Below, piece after piece: positions 1-8,498 of a stretch of 24,000 nucleotides of DNA; within the stretch, counting starts at the first letter, position 1; every line of letters starts with the position of its first letter. Source of the stretch: Bacillota bacterium (GTDB lineage Bacteria; Bacillota; Clostridia; Oscillospirales; Ruminococcaceae); contig JAEWWT010000027.1 of NCBI GenBank assembly GCA_023396225.1, positions 156,202 to 180,201 on the forward strand. The letters are read 5' to 3'. Position numbers and translations under genes: made by a program. Under the pieces are notes generated by a model. That model did not search any database and had not been told where the DNA came from. It saw only the letters and a list, made by a program, of their open reading frames with translations.

Positions 1-192
1 TAATGAATAAGGGGAGGATGGAAATGTCCTCCCCATTTCTGCAAAGTGCTTACATTCAAAAATTACAATATTGTTACGATTTTCTTATTATTGTAATAAA
101 TAATAAATTTATTTATCAGAAATTAGCTTATTTAATATCCAAAATGTACATTGTGAACGAATTGCAAAACTTAAATTTGTATTTAGTGTACA

Positions 193-221
193 TTGACACT
201 TTAGACGCATAATGATAAAAT
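193..221 (+). promoter_or_regulatory. Sigma70/SigA-type promoter for the first large surface protein: TTGACA-N17-TAAAAT
   Basis: TTGACA at 193-198, 17-nt spacer, TAAAAT at 216-221, about 110 nt upstream of the strong SD/ATG of the 334 ORF. Confidence 0.7.
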
Positions 222-333
222 AATAGCGTGATATACGGATGGATACATATTCCGTATATTCGTTATACGTGTTTCCAATATTATTGGAGATATATAGAAT
301 AAAAATAACAACAAAACAAGGAGGATTTTTTTC

Positions 334-2037
334 ATGAACATGAAAAAGACAATCGCTGCTCTTTCAGCAGCAGCAGTAGCTGTATCTGCAATGGCTACAA
401 CAGTATCAGCTGAAGAAGCTAAGCAGGGTTCATTTACATATGACCTCGTTAGAGAAACAAAGACAATCGAAGACGGTACTGCTACAATAACAACAATTGC
501 TTCAGGTCTTGACCTTACAGCTGCTACAGATCTTAAGATCACAATGAACAATGCTGATGTTAACAAGTATAAGGCTGGCGAGACAACTTACACAATTACT
601 GTTACAAAGCCAGGTACAACTCAGGTTTGGACAAAGGAAATCGGCAGCAAGAATGATAAGGCTAACTTCTCAACATGGATTACATTTGTTGGTGATAATG
701 CTATCGTTACAATCCCTGTTGCTACAGGTGCTACAACAGGCGGTATCGATAATGGTGCAGTTGCATTTGACTCAAACGTAAGAGTTCAGATCGTTGCTCA
801 AACAAAGCACGGCATCAAGGATGACTCACAGAAGAAGTTCAACGCTGCTGTTGCTGCTGGCACAATCAGCACAGAATTTGAAGCTATTTCAGCTGCTAAT
901 GCTGCTGAACTTGCTAAAATTAATGCTGATATCGCTACAGTAAGTGGTTGGGTTATTGGCACAGACGTTAATGGTGCTGCTCTTACAGCTACAGGTGCTC
1001 CTGATATTTCTGGTGTTGCTTTTGACGCTGTTACACAGGCTGATAAGACTGCAACACTTAATGCTCTTGCAGTTCTTAAGAATGCAATCCAGACAAAGGT
1101 TCAGCCACAGATCGCTTCAACAAACGCTGGCGAAAAGATTAACCTTTTCCCAATGATGACAACAGTTAACGGTATTGCTAGACCAAACGGAGTTGGTTCT
1201 GACTATGTTATCACAAATGCTGATGGCAAGCAGGTTCAGAATGATGAATATGACCTTATCACAGCTACACAGTCAAAGGTTTATGATGAATTTGACCTCA
1301 TTGACTACCTCGAACTCAACAGAGGCGACCTCAACGACAGAATTGGTAAGGTTGGCTACCACAATGTACTCCCAGTTCTTAACGACGTTATCGCTAACTA
1401 CGAAGATGTTACATTCACATTCACAACTTCTGCTCTCTATGTAAACATCGATTCAAGAGATAAGAACACAGCTTCTTATGTTAAGAAGGCTGATGATAAG
1501 CACTTTGGTGAAGGTTTCACAGAAAAGAAGGATGATTTCTGGTACAACCCATCATTCGGTCAGCACCTCTATGGTAAGGACTACTATGATGCTGAAGGTT
1601 CAGGATTTGTTGGAACACAGCAGAGCTGGGCATTCAACCTCTTCACAGGCGGTCTTACAGTAAACAACAAGTACACAATGTCACTCAACGATACTCAGGT
1701 ATTCGATTGGGGCGAAAATACACTCTCATTTGATTGGGATTCAGTATCAGATGGTAAGGTAACTAACGCTAGATACCTCCTCGAATACATGAACCTCTAC
1801 ACATCAACACCTTGGTTCTGGGATTCAATGACAGTTGCATTCTCAAATGCAGTTGAAATTGAAGATGCTGAATCTGGTGAAGGCGTTGAAGGCGAAGAAG
1901 AAATCGTTGAAGACGAAGCTCCAGTTGAAGACGAAGCTCCAGCTGAAAACCCAGCAACAGGTAATGCTTCAGTTGCACTTGCTGTTATCCCTGTAGCTCT
2001 TGCTGCAGCAGCAATCGTTGCTAAGAAGAGAAGCTAA
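334..2037 (+). CDS. Secreted, putatively sortase-anchored surface protein of unknown function (large paralog 1)
   Basis: SD AAGGAGG; signal peptide MNMKKTIAALSAAAVAVSAMATTVSA; acidic Pro/Glu stalk; C-terminal NPATGN + ASVALAVIPVALAAAAIVA + KKRS; strongly similar to the protein at 6074-7783. Confidence 0.85.
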   Translation: MNMKKTIAALSAAAVAVSAMATTVSAEEAKQGSFTYDLVRETKTIEDGTATITTIASGLDLTAATDLKITMNNADVNKYKAGETTYTITVTKPGTTQVWTKEIGSKNDKANFSTWITFVGDNAIVTIPVATGATTGGIDNGAVAFDSNVRVQIVAQTKHGIKDDSQKKFNAAVAAGTISTEFEAISAANAAELAKINADIATVSGWVIGTDVNGAALTATGAPDISGVAFDAVTQADKTATLNALAVLKNAIQTKVQPQIASTNAGEKINLFPMMTTVNGIARPNGVGSDYVITNADGKQVQNDEYDLITATQSKVYDEFDLIDYLELNRGDLNDRIGKVGYHNVLPVLNDVIANYEDVTFTFTTSALYVNIDSRDKNTASYVKKADDKHFGEGFTEKKDDFWYNPSFGQHLYGKDYYDAEGSGFVGTQQSWAFNLFTGGLTVNNKYTMSLNDTQVFDWGENTLSFDWDSVSDGKVTNARYLLEYMNLYTSTPWFWDSMTVAFSNAVEIEDAESGEGVEGEEEIVEDEAPVEDEAPAENPATGNASVALAVIPVALAAAAIVAKKRS

Positions 2038-2100
2038 TTTTAGCTTAAAGCTGAATAGTTTCATGAAAGATTAACATTACGTTATTCTAACATCTAAATA

Positions 2101-2137
2101 AAAAGCTGCCCGGATGCAGAACGGGCAGCTTTTTTTG
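2101..2137 (+). terminator. Rho-independent terminator of large paralog 1
   Basis: AAAAGCTGCCCG-GATGCAGAA-CGGGCAGCTTTT followed by a T tract. Confidence 0.9.
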
Positions 2138-2161
2138 TGTATTATTTTGAAAAGTAATATA

Positions 2162-2190
2162 TTGAATATTATTGAATAATATGGTACAAT
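2162..2190 (+). promoter_or_regulatory. Putative promoter TTGAAT-N17-TACAAT
   Basis: Spacing and hexamers fit SigA; it overlaps the track ORF start at 2189, supporting a GTG start at 2210. Confidence 0.5.
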
Positions 2191-2209
2191 GTATTCGGAG
2201 GGATGCATA

Positions 2210-2671
2210 GTGAATATAGTTGCCGTAATATTGATATTAGTAAGTAGTCTAGTTATACTTTCGTCCATCGTAAATATATTGACAAAGCTAGATAAATATA
2301 GTAAGGTAAGACAGATACTTAAGCACTCTGAAAATGTATTCGGAGAAGTAATGTGTATAACTGAACATAATGAAAAGCTTGGCGGAGCTGAGTGGAAAAC
2401 TCTTAGAATGAATGTGAAATATACTGTCGATAAAAAACAATATGTAATTGACAACATCAAAATAAATAAATCAGACAAAATATTCAAGGGGCAAAATGTT
2501 GTTGTTACATATGATATTAAAAGTCCTGCAAATGCTCTGGTAAAATTGGATATAAACAAAAGAACTTATTTTAATAACGGTAATTTTATTTCATGGCAAT
2601 GGGCAGTTAAAATTTCAGTTGTATTCCTGATTGGAATGGTTGGTCTGCTGTACGCAGTAAGCATACTATAA
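2210..2671 (+). CDS. Small membrane protein with two predicted TM segments (DUF3592-like topology)
   Basis: ORF 2189-2671; SD CGGAGGG precedes GTG at 2210; N- and C-terminal hydrophobic segments flank a soluble domain. Confidence 0.55.
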   Translation: MNIVAVILILVSSLVILSSIVNILTKLDKYSKVRQILKHSENVFGEVMCITEHNEKLGGAEWKTLRMNVKYTVDKKQYVIDNIKINKSDKIFKGQNVVVTYDIKSPANALVKLDINKRTYFNNGNFISWQWAVKISVVFLIGMVGLLYAVSIL

Positions 2672-2675
2672 TAAA

Positions 2676-2709
2676 ACGCATACTTAATGGAAATCCATAA
2701 AGTATGCGT
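2676..2709. terminator. Bidirectional terminator-like hairpin between convergent genes
   Basis: ACGCATACTT ... AAGTATGCGT inverted repeat with flanking A/T tracts. Confidence 0.65.
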
Positions 2710-2713
2710 ATTA

Positions 2714-3196
2714 TTATTTTTCTATTAAAAGAACGGGATAACCTCGTTCATACTCCTTTACTATGTCAGGATTTTTATCAGCTTCTGCAAAAATTTTGTC
2801 AGCAAGTCCAGTTTCGTTAAGTTCGTTTATAAGTTGACTTAACGGTTTGCTGTACATTGGCGGACATATTGATGCAATCGTGATTACACGCTTTCCCCCC
2901 ATATTCATGATTCTGTAAGGCCAGATTTTACAGTCAAACGGTTTATCGTCTTTAAGTGTGCAGCCTGTATTCATATCAAGCATCGGGCAAAAATATAGCT
3001 CGTTATCATTTTTACGTTCCATACGGAACAGCCAGCTGCTACCTTTGCGTATAAATTTCTGCTCAGGATGATTTGCTAAAATATGATTTTTCAGGTCATC
3101 TGAAACAATTGGTGTCTCCCATAGCTCATAGCTTTCAAATCCGCAGCATATTCTGCAATTTTTGCACTCATCAGGACTAAGAATATTTTTAAGCAA
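2714..3196 (-). CDS. YkgJ-like cysteine cluster protein (putative zinc/iron chelating)
   Basis: CKNCRICC at the N-terminus, CPML...GCTLKDDKPFDCKIWPYR. Confidence 0.75.
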   Translation of the reverse strand: MLKNILSPDECKNCRICCGFESYELWETPIVSDDLKNHILANHPEQKFIRKGSSWLFRMERKNDNELYFCPMLDMNTGCTLKDDKPFDCKIWPYRIMNMGGKRVITIASICPPMYSKPLSQLINELNETGLADKIFAEADKNPDIVKEYERGYPVLLIEK

Positions 3197-3322
3197 TTAA
3201 TCACTTCCTTATTATCAAATGAATTAAATAAAAATATTATGATATAATAATTACATAATAACACAACAGGGGCAGTTGCATTGCTTTGGGTAAATAAATA
3301 GCAAAAAGGATGGGGGATTAAT

Positions 3323-3763
3323 ATGAAAGTAAGTAAAAACCAATATCAGAATATGGTGAAGAAAGCATCACCCGGCTCTAAAAGCTGGATAGACATTCCT
3401 AAGGCATTCGTAATAGGAGGACTAATATGTTGCATAGGTCAGGCATTTCTGATATGGTTCAAGTCAATCGGACTTGATGAAAAATCCGCTGGAACATATA
3501 CATCAATCTGCCTTGTAGTATTAAGTGCAATCTTTACTGGGTTAGGATGGTATGAAAAAATTGCAAAACATGGCGGTGCAGGTACGCTTGTCCCAATAAC
3601 AGGATTTGCAAACGCAGTAGTGTCGCCGGCACTTGAATTCAAAGCAGAGGGTTTTGTTTTAGGTCTTGGTGCAAAAATATTTGTAATTTCGGGACCAGTT
3701 ATACTATATGGGGTGGCGGCATCCTTTATTTACGGATTGATTTATTATTTATTCCTTAAATAA
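3323..3763 (+). CDS. spoVAC: Stage V sporulation protein AC (SpoVAC) family membrane protein
   Basis: Characteristic KAFVIGGLICCIGQ..., LTGLGWYEKIAKHGGAGTLVPITGFANAVVSPALEFKAEGFVLGLG...GPVILYGV. Confidence 0.85.
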   Translation: MKVSKNQYQNMVKKASPGSKSWIDIPKAFVIGGLICCIGQAFLIWFKSIGLDEKSAGTYTSICLVVLSAIFTGLGWYEKIAKHGGAGTLVPITGFANAVVSPALEFKAEGFVLGLGAKIFVISGPVILYGVAASFIYGLIYYLFLK

Positions 3764-3765
3764 AG

Positions 3766-4521
3766 CTATTCATCAAAAGCGGATATGCCCATGACTGTAA
3801 CATTGTCTGGGCTTCCGTTAGCTAAAGCTTTGTCAATAAGCATTGAAAGTCTCTTTTGCATACCAATTGGAAGTGCAAGTGTTTCTTCAAAATCTCCCTT
3901 TGAAATATAGTCTGACAAACCATCGGTACATATAATAATCAGGTCACCGTAAGAAATTCCGCCTTCAATTTGTGATATTTCAATTGTTGGATCAGCTGTC
4001 AGATGACCAAGAACAGGAAATATAATATTGCGGTGGGCATGTGAAGATTGTTCTTCTTTGGTAATGTGTCCCTGTTCGTATAAAAGCTGTACAAGTGACT
4101 GATCAGTAGAAAGCTGTTCTATACTTCCGCTGCGGAATCTGTACATTCTTGAATCTCCGATGTTGATCAGTGTAGCATTTTCAAACTCGTCAACGGCAAG
4201 AGCACATAATGTTGTCTGCATATTAATAGATTTATTATGAGTGATGCCATATCGTCTGAGATAATTATGAATATTCATTATTTTTTTGCTCAGATCAGTT
4301 TTCTTGCAATATTTAATATTACTAAGAAGTTCAAGTGCAAGACGTGATGCAATTTCACCGGATGCTTCGCCGGCAACACCATCTGCAACGGCAACAATAA
4401 ACGGACTTTTAATGTTACTTTCAATCTGCGCCTGCGTCATGACAATTTTATTGATTAAAAAAGCGTCTTCATTATTAGAGCGAGTTTTTCCTATATCGGT
4501 CTTACCACAGCAGTAGTACAT
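3766..4521 (-). CDS. PP2C-family serine/threonine protein phosphatase
   Basis: GKTRSNNEDAF, VADGVAGEASGEIAS, ICTDGLSDYI, GSPDNVTVM motifs; SD GGAGG upstream of ATG at 4521 (the track ORF starts at 4554). Confidence 0.85.
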   Translation of the reverse strand: MYYCCGKTDIGKTRSNNEDAFLINKIVMTQAQIESNIKSPFIVAVADGVAGEASGEIASRLALELLSNIKYCKKTDLSKKIMNIHNYLRRYGITHNKSINMQTTLCALAVDEFENATLINIGDSRMYRFRSGSIEQLSTDQSLVQLLYEQGHITKEEQSSHAHRNIIFPVLGHLTADPTIEISQIEGGISYGDLIIICTDGLSDYISKGDFEETLALPIGMQKRLSMLIDKALANGSPDNVTVMGISAFDE

Positions 4522-4757
4522 TGTTGCCTCCACAAAATTCAGCCGAAATACCAAGTAAAATTTCTTTATTCGGCAAAATCAAAAAATACAATTAATTATA
4601 TAATAAAAGTAAAATAATTTCAACTATGATTTAATTATAAATGATAATTATTTTGTTTCATAATATGATACTATATCTATATACATTGATAAGTGAAAAA
4701 ATAGAGGTTCTTTTTGGTTAATCTTATACAAATTTTATATGTAATGAAAGAACATAA

Positions 4758-4786
4758 TTGACAAATTTACAAAAAAGGTGTAATAT
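4758..4786 (+). promoter_or_regulatory. Putative promoter TTGACA-N17-TAATAT upstream of the MCP-domain gene
   Basis: TTGACA 4758-4763, TAATAT 4781-4786. Confidence 0.55.
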
Positions 4787-4820
4787 ATAATAAAGTCAGT
4801 ATCAGATGGGAGTTGTTATC

Positions 4821-5366
4821 ATGGCAGCACTTAGTACAAACTATATAAAAGATACAGATTCAACAAAGGCAAGTCAGAATTGTCTTGACGTGGCATCGGA
4901 TTCAGATACTATACTTACTGATGCTGATATCAAAGAGGAAATAAATAATGCCGGCATTATAGCTAAACAGAATCTTGAAAAGATCAAGGGGCTTAATGAA
5001 GCATTTGAACAGCTTAGTAATGTTGCTAAACAGACTTTGGAAGAAGTTGATGCAACTAAGGATACTGTTAAGATTATTCAGGATATTGCTATGAACACAA
5101 GAATTCTTGGATTTAACGCATCAATTGAAGCTTCACGTGCAAAGGAAAGCGGAAAAGGCTTTGGTGTAATTGCTCAGGAAGTAAGGAATCTGGCTGAAAC
5201 AAGTAAGGTATCCGCTGATAAGATTGATGAAATTATGAAGAGAATGACTGATTGTACAAAAGAACTTAACGAAAAAATAGAATATACTGAAAAAATTGCC
5301 GTTGAATGTTATGAAAACCTAAGCGAGTTTATCAGATGCTTTGAACAGCTTCAGAATAACAAGTGA
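4821..5366 (+). CDS. Soluble protein with methyl-accepting chemotaxis protein signalling domain, no TM or sensor domain
   Basis: NTRILGFNASIEASRAKESGKGFGVIAQEVRNLAETSKVSADKIDEIMKRM resembles the MCP hairpin tip; SD GGGAG precedes ATG at 4821. Confidence 0.8.
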   Translation: MAALSTNYIKDTDSTKASQNCLDVASDSDTILTDADIKEEINNAGIIAKQNLEKIKGLNEAFEQLSNVAKQTLEEVDATKDTVKIIQDIAMNTRILGFNASIEASRAKESGKGFGVIAQEVRNLAETSKVSADKIDEIMKRMTDCTKELNEKIEYTEKIAVECYENLSEFIRCFEQLQNNK

Positions 5367-5393
5367 TTATACATAACGTTGAAAAGAGGTATG

Positions 5394-5490
5394 AAGTTTG
5401 AAAGATAAATCTTTCAAACTATGAGTTTTGTGCTTTTCGAACTGCCGTTCGAAATTTTTCTTAGCAAAAACCACACAAAACATCAAAGAG
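5394..5490 (+). repeat. Interspersed palindromic element, copy 1
   Basis: GTTTGAAAGATAAATCTTTCAAAC (5396-5419) followed by ATGAGTTTTGTGCTTTTCGAA...CACAAAACATCAAAGAGG; matched on the opposite strand at 12443-12526 and partly at 15419-15480. Confidence 0.85.
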
Positions 5491-5497
5491 GGGAAGT

Positions 5498-5716
5498 ATG
5501 GTGATAAATATGGATATGCAGACTTCAATTGCTTCTATGGCAACTAGCATGACACAGGCAACATTAATGAATACTGTAAACACTTCAATGATGAAAAAAG
5601 TCATGGATACAAGCACAGATATGGCATCACAACTTATTGAGTCTATGTCTGTTTCAACTCAAAATGTCCAGACTTTTGCTGGTGACGTTGGACATGTCCT
5701 TGATGTAAAAGCATAA
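5498..5716 (+). CDS. YjfB-like putative motility protein family small protein
   Basis: 72 aa; MDMQTSIASMATSMTQATLMNTVNTSMMKKVMDTSTDMASQLIESM resembles the YjfB_motility family pattern; SD AGAGGGG. Confidence 0.6.
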   Translation: MVINMDMQTSIASMATSMTQATLMNTVNTSMMKKVMDTSTDMASQLIESMSVSTQNVQTFAGDVGHVLDVKA

Positions 5717-5746
5717 AAGGATAAGATTTCATATTTTAAAGTTATT

Positions 5747-5781
5747 AAAGCACTCGGATAAGGTATATCCGGGTGCTTTTT
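5747..5781 (+). terminator. Rho-independent terminator after the YjfB-like gene
   Basis: AAAGCACTCGGATA-aggta-TATCCGGGTGCTTTTT. Confidence 0.85.
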
Positions 5782-5859
5782 GTATTAAAATTAACTATAT
5801 TGTAAGTAAAAGCGCAATTCATAAACAAAATAAATCCAAATATACATAAGAGTCTTAAT

Positions 5860-5944
5860 GTTAAGGAAAAGTTAAGATATAATTCTTTTGTTGTACACAA
5901 ATATGTTGTAGTATGAGTGACATGGAAGTTAAGATGAAGTTAAG
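5860..5944 (+). promoter_or_regulatory. Phased GTTAAG direct-repeat operator candidates with TATAAT (5878-5883)
   Basis: GTTAAG at 5860, 5871, 5928 and 5939, two pairs each with 11-bp spacing; TATAAT directly follows the first pair. Confidence 0.5.
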
Positions 5945-6073
5945 AAAATTAACTCAACGAGGCTATAAGCATTACATATATAATTGAGAAAAAATAATAT
6001 TTGATTGCTTATATTATGGCCTGACTATCCATGTAAAGAAAAAAATTTGAAACAAAACAAGGAGGATTTTTTC

Positions 6074-7783
6074 ATGAACATGAAAAAAACACTTGCTGCT
6101 CTTTCAGCAGCAGCAGTAGCAGTATCTGCAATGGCTACAACAGTATCCGCTGAAACTGGATCATTTACATATGATCTTGTTAGAGAAACAAAAACTATTG
6201 AAGACGGTACAGCAACAATAACAACAGTAGCTTCAGGTCTTAACCTCACAGGTGCAACAAGTCTTAATGTTACAATGAACAATTCAGATGTTAACAAGTT
6301 TAAGGCTGGTGAAACAGTTTACACAATTACTGTTACACAGAATGGTACAAGCCAGGTTTGGACAAAGGAAATCAGCAGCAAGAGCGATGCAGCTAACTAC
6401 TCAACATGGATTTCAGTAACAGGCGACACAGCTGTAGTTACAATCCCATGTGCAGCTGGCGCTACAACAGGCGGTATCGATACAGCAGTATTTGATACAA
6501 ATGTAAGAGTTCAGATCGTTGCTGCTACTAAGCACGATGTTAAGGATGATTCACAGAAGAAATTTAACGCTGCTATCACTGCTGGCACAATCAGCACACA
6601 GTTCGAAGCTGTTTCAGCTGCTAACACTGCTGAACTTGCTTTGATTGATGCTGACATTGCTACAGTAAATGCAATGGTACTTGGCGCAGATGTAACTGGT
6701 ACAACACTTACAGCTACTGGTGCTCCTTCAACAGCTGGTATGACAGCTCTTACAGCTGATCAGAAGGCTTCATTAACTGCAGCTCTTACAGTTCTTAAGA
6801 ATGCAATCCAGGTTAATGTTGCTCCACAGATTGCTTCAACAAACGCTGGCGAAAAGGTACACCTCTTCCCAATGATGACAACTGTTAACGGTATTGCTAG
6901 ACCAGTTGTTTCAACAGGCCTCGTTTCAAACAATGCTGATGGAAAGAATGTTGCTAATGATTCATATGATCTCATTTCAAGCACATCTTCAACATCTACA
7001 CAGTTTGATCTTATTGATTACCTCGAGCTCAACAATGGCGATCTTAACGACAAGATTGGCAAGGTTGGATATAAGAATGTTCTTCCAGTTCTTAACGATG
7101 TTATTGCTAACTACGAAGATGTTACATTCACATTCACAACATCTGCTCTCTATGTAAACGTAGATTCAAGAGATAACAATACTGTTTCATACCTCAAGAA
7201 GGATGATGACAAGGCATTCGGTGAAGGCTTCTCAGAGAAGAAGGATGATTACTGGTACAACCCATCATTCGGTCAGCACCTCTATGGTAAGGACTACTAT
7301 GATGCTGAAGGCACAAACTATGTTGGAACAAACAACAATTGGGCATTCAACCTCTTCACAGGCGGTCTCACAATCAATAACAAGTACACAATGTCACTCA
7401 ACGATACTCAGGTATTTGATTGGGGCGAAAATACACTTTCATTTGATTGGGAATCAGTAACAGACGGTAAGGTAACTAATGCTACACAGCTTCTTGAATA
7501 CATGAACCTCTACACATCAACACCTTGGTTCTGGGATACAATGACTGTAGCTTTCAACGATGCTAATGCTGAAGATGCTGAATCAGGCGAAGGCGTAGAA
7601 GGCGAAGAAGAAGTTGTTGAAGAAGAAACAACAGCTGAAGAAGAAGTTCCAGCTGAAGAAGAAGCTCCAGTTGTTGACGATGCTACAGCTGAAAACCCAG
7701 CAACAGGAAACGCTTCAGTAGCACTCGCAGTTATCCCTGTAGCTCTCGCAGCAGCAGCAATCGTTGCTAAGAAGAGAGGCTAA
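6074..7783 (+). CDS. Secreted, putatively sortase-anchored surface protein of unknown function (large paralog 2)
   Basis: SD AAGGAGG, ATG at 6074 (the track ORF starts at 6005); same signal peptide, central domain and NPATGN-TM-KKRG tail as 334-2037. Confidence 0.85.
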   Translation: MNMKKTLAALSAAAVAVSAMATTVSAETGSFTYDLVRETKTIEDGTATITTVASGLNLTGATSLNVTMNNSDVNKFKAGETVYTITVTQNGTSQVWTKEISSKSDAANYSTWISVTGDTAVVTIPCAAGATTGGIDTAVFDTNVRVQIVAATKHDVKDDSQKKFNAAITAGTISTQFEAVSAANTAELALIDADIATVNAMVLGADVTGTTLTATGAPSTAGMTALTADQKASLTAALTVLKNAIQVNVAPQIASTNAGEKVHLFPMMTTVNGIARPVVSTGLVSNNADGKNVANDSYDLISSTSSTSTQFDLIDYLELNNGDLNDKIGKVGYKNVLPVLNDVIANYEDVTFTFTTSALYVNVDSRDNNTVSYLKKDDDKAFGEGFSEKKDDYWYNPSFGQHLYGKDYYDAEGTNYVGTNNNWAFNLFTGGLTINNKYTMSLNDTQVFDWGENTLSFDWESVTDGKVTNATQLLEYMNLYTSTPWFWDTMTVAFNDANAEDAESGEGVEGEEEVVEEETTAEEEVPAEEEAPVVDDATAENPATGNASVALAVIPVALAAAAIVAKKRG

Positions 7784-7850
7784 TTCTAGCTGACTACTGT
7801 TAACGCAGTTTCATGAATGACTAACAAATCGGTTTCTAACATCTTATAAA

Positions 7851-7888
7851 GAAGAGCCGCCCGGATGCAGAACGGGCGGCTCTTTTTA
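7851..7888 (+). terminator. Rho-independent terminator of large paralog 2
   Basis: GAAGAGCCGCCCG-GATGCAGAA-CGGGCGGCTCTTT followed by T residues; loop identical to the 2101-2137 terminator. Confidence 0.9.
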
Positions 7889-8088
7889 TTATGTAATGAA
7901 AATTTCAAGTCTTAATACCTTTCTACATATACATAATAACGCAGAAATGGCAATTTGTTTTTAAACAATACTACAAATAAAAACCAATTTGTAACCAAAA
8001 TTTCACACAGTCAGTGAATTATTTTGAATTTTGTTTAAAATGTGCATTAGCAAGTGAAATATTTGTGCAAAATCTGTTATAATAATAG

Positions 8089-8117
8089 TTGTAGTGCAAA
8101 AATTAATGTGCTATAAT
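8089..8117 (+). promoter_or_regulatory. Putative promoter TTGTAG-N17-TATAAT
   Basis: Correct spacing, about 50 nt upstream of the mini surface protein start. Confidence 0.5.
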
Positions 8118-8166
8118 AATCGCATAGTAAAAAACTATAATATCATGTTTAATGGAGGAATTTATT

Positions 8167-8442
8167 ATGAAACTTAAGAAAATTCTTGCTGCTCTTGCAG
8201 CTTCTGCAATGGCTCTCACAATGTTTGGTATGATGGCATCTGCTGAAGGTGTTGAAGGCGAAGAAGAAATCGTTGATGAAACAACTGCTGAAGACGAAAC
8301 TCCTGCTGAAGATGAGGCAGAAGTAGCTCCTGCTGAAGATGAAGCTGCTGCAAACCCATCAACAGGTAATGCTTCAGTTGCACTTGCTGTTATCCCTGTA
8401 GCTCTTGCTGCAGCAGCAATCGTTGCTAAGAAGGCTAAGTAA
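8167..8442 (+). CDS. Miniature secreted sortase-anchor-like protein (signal peptide + acidic stalk + NPSTGN tail)
   Basis: 91 aa from ATG 8167 with SD GGAGGA; C-terminus ASVALAVIPVALAAAAIVAKKAK matches the large paralogs. Confidence 0.8.
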   Translation: MKLKKILAALAASAMALTMFGMMASAEGVEGEEEIVDETTAEDETPAEDEAEVAPAEDEAAANPSTGNASVALAVIPVALAAAAIVAKKAK

Positions 8443-8461
8443 TTTTAAAAATTACGAATTT

Positions 8462-8498
8462 AATAAGCCCACCTAAAATAAGGCGGGCTTATTTTTTA
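8462..8498 (+). terminator. Rho-independent terminator
   Basis: AATAAGCCC-...-GGGCTTATT followed by TTTT. Confidence 0.85.

Noticed and set aside
201-566. Antisense ORF overlapping large paralog 1, with a similar antisense ORF at 6025-6297
   Set aside because: Similarity between them is explained by sense-strand homology of the paralogs; low-complexity Val/Ala-rich product and no good SD.
551-1663. Run of plus-strand alternate-frame ORFs (551-781, 944-1156, 1175-1444, 1478-1663)
   Set aside because: Out-of-frame readings of the biased main CDS, Leu/Gln/Ser-rich, no independent start signals.
1909-1944. 18-bp tandem repeat GAAGACGAAGCTCCAG(T/C)T x2 in the stalk of large paralog 1
   Set aside because: Real but ordinary low-complexity stalk repeat, too few units to call a separate element.
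1769-1978. Minus-strand 69-aa ORF, Leu/Gln/Arg-rich
   Set aside because: Shadow of the Glu/Ala/Pro repeat codons in the stalk of the sense gene; biased composition.
3766-5366. PP2C plus MCP-domain genes as a defence or signalling island
   Set aside because: They are divergent single genes with separate promoters and no nuclease, transposase or kinase partner in the window.
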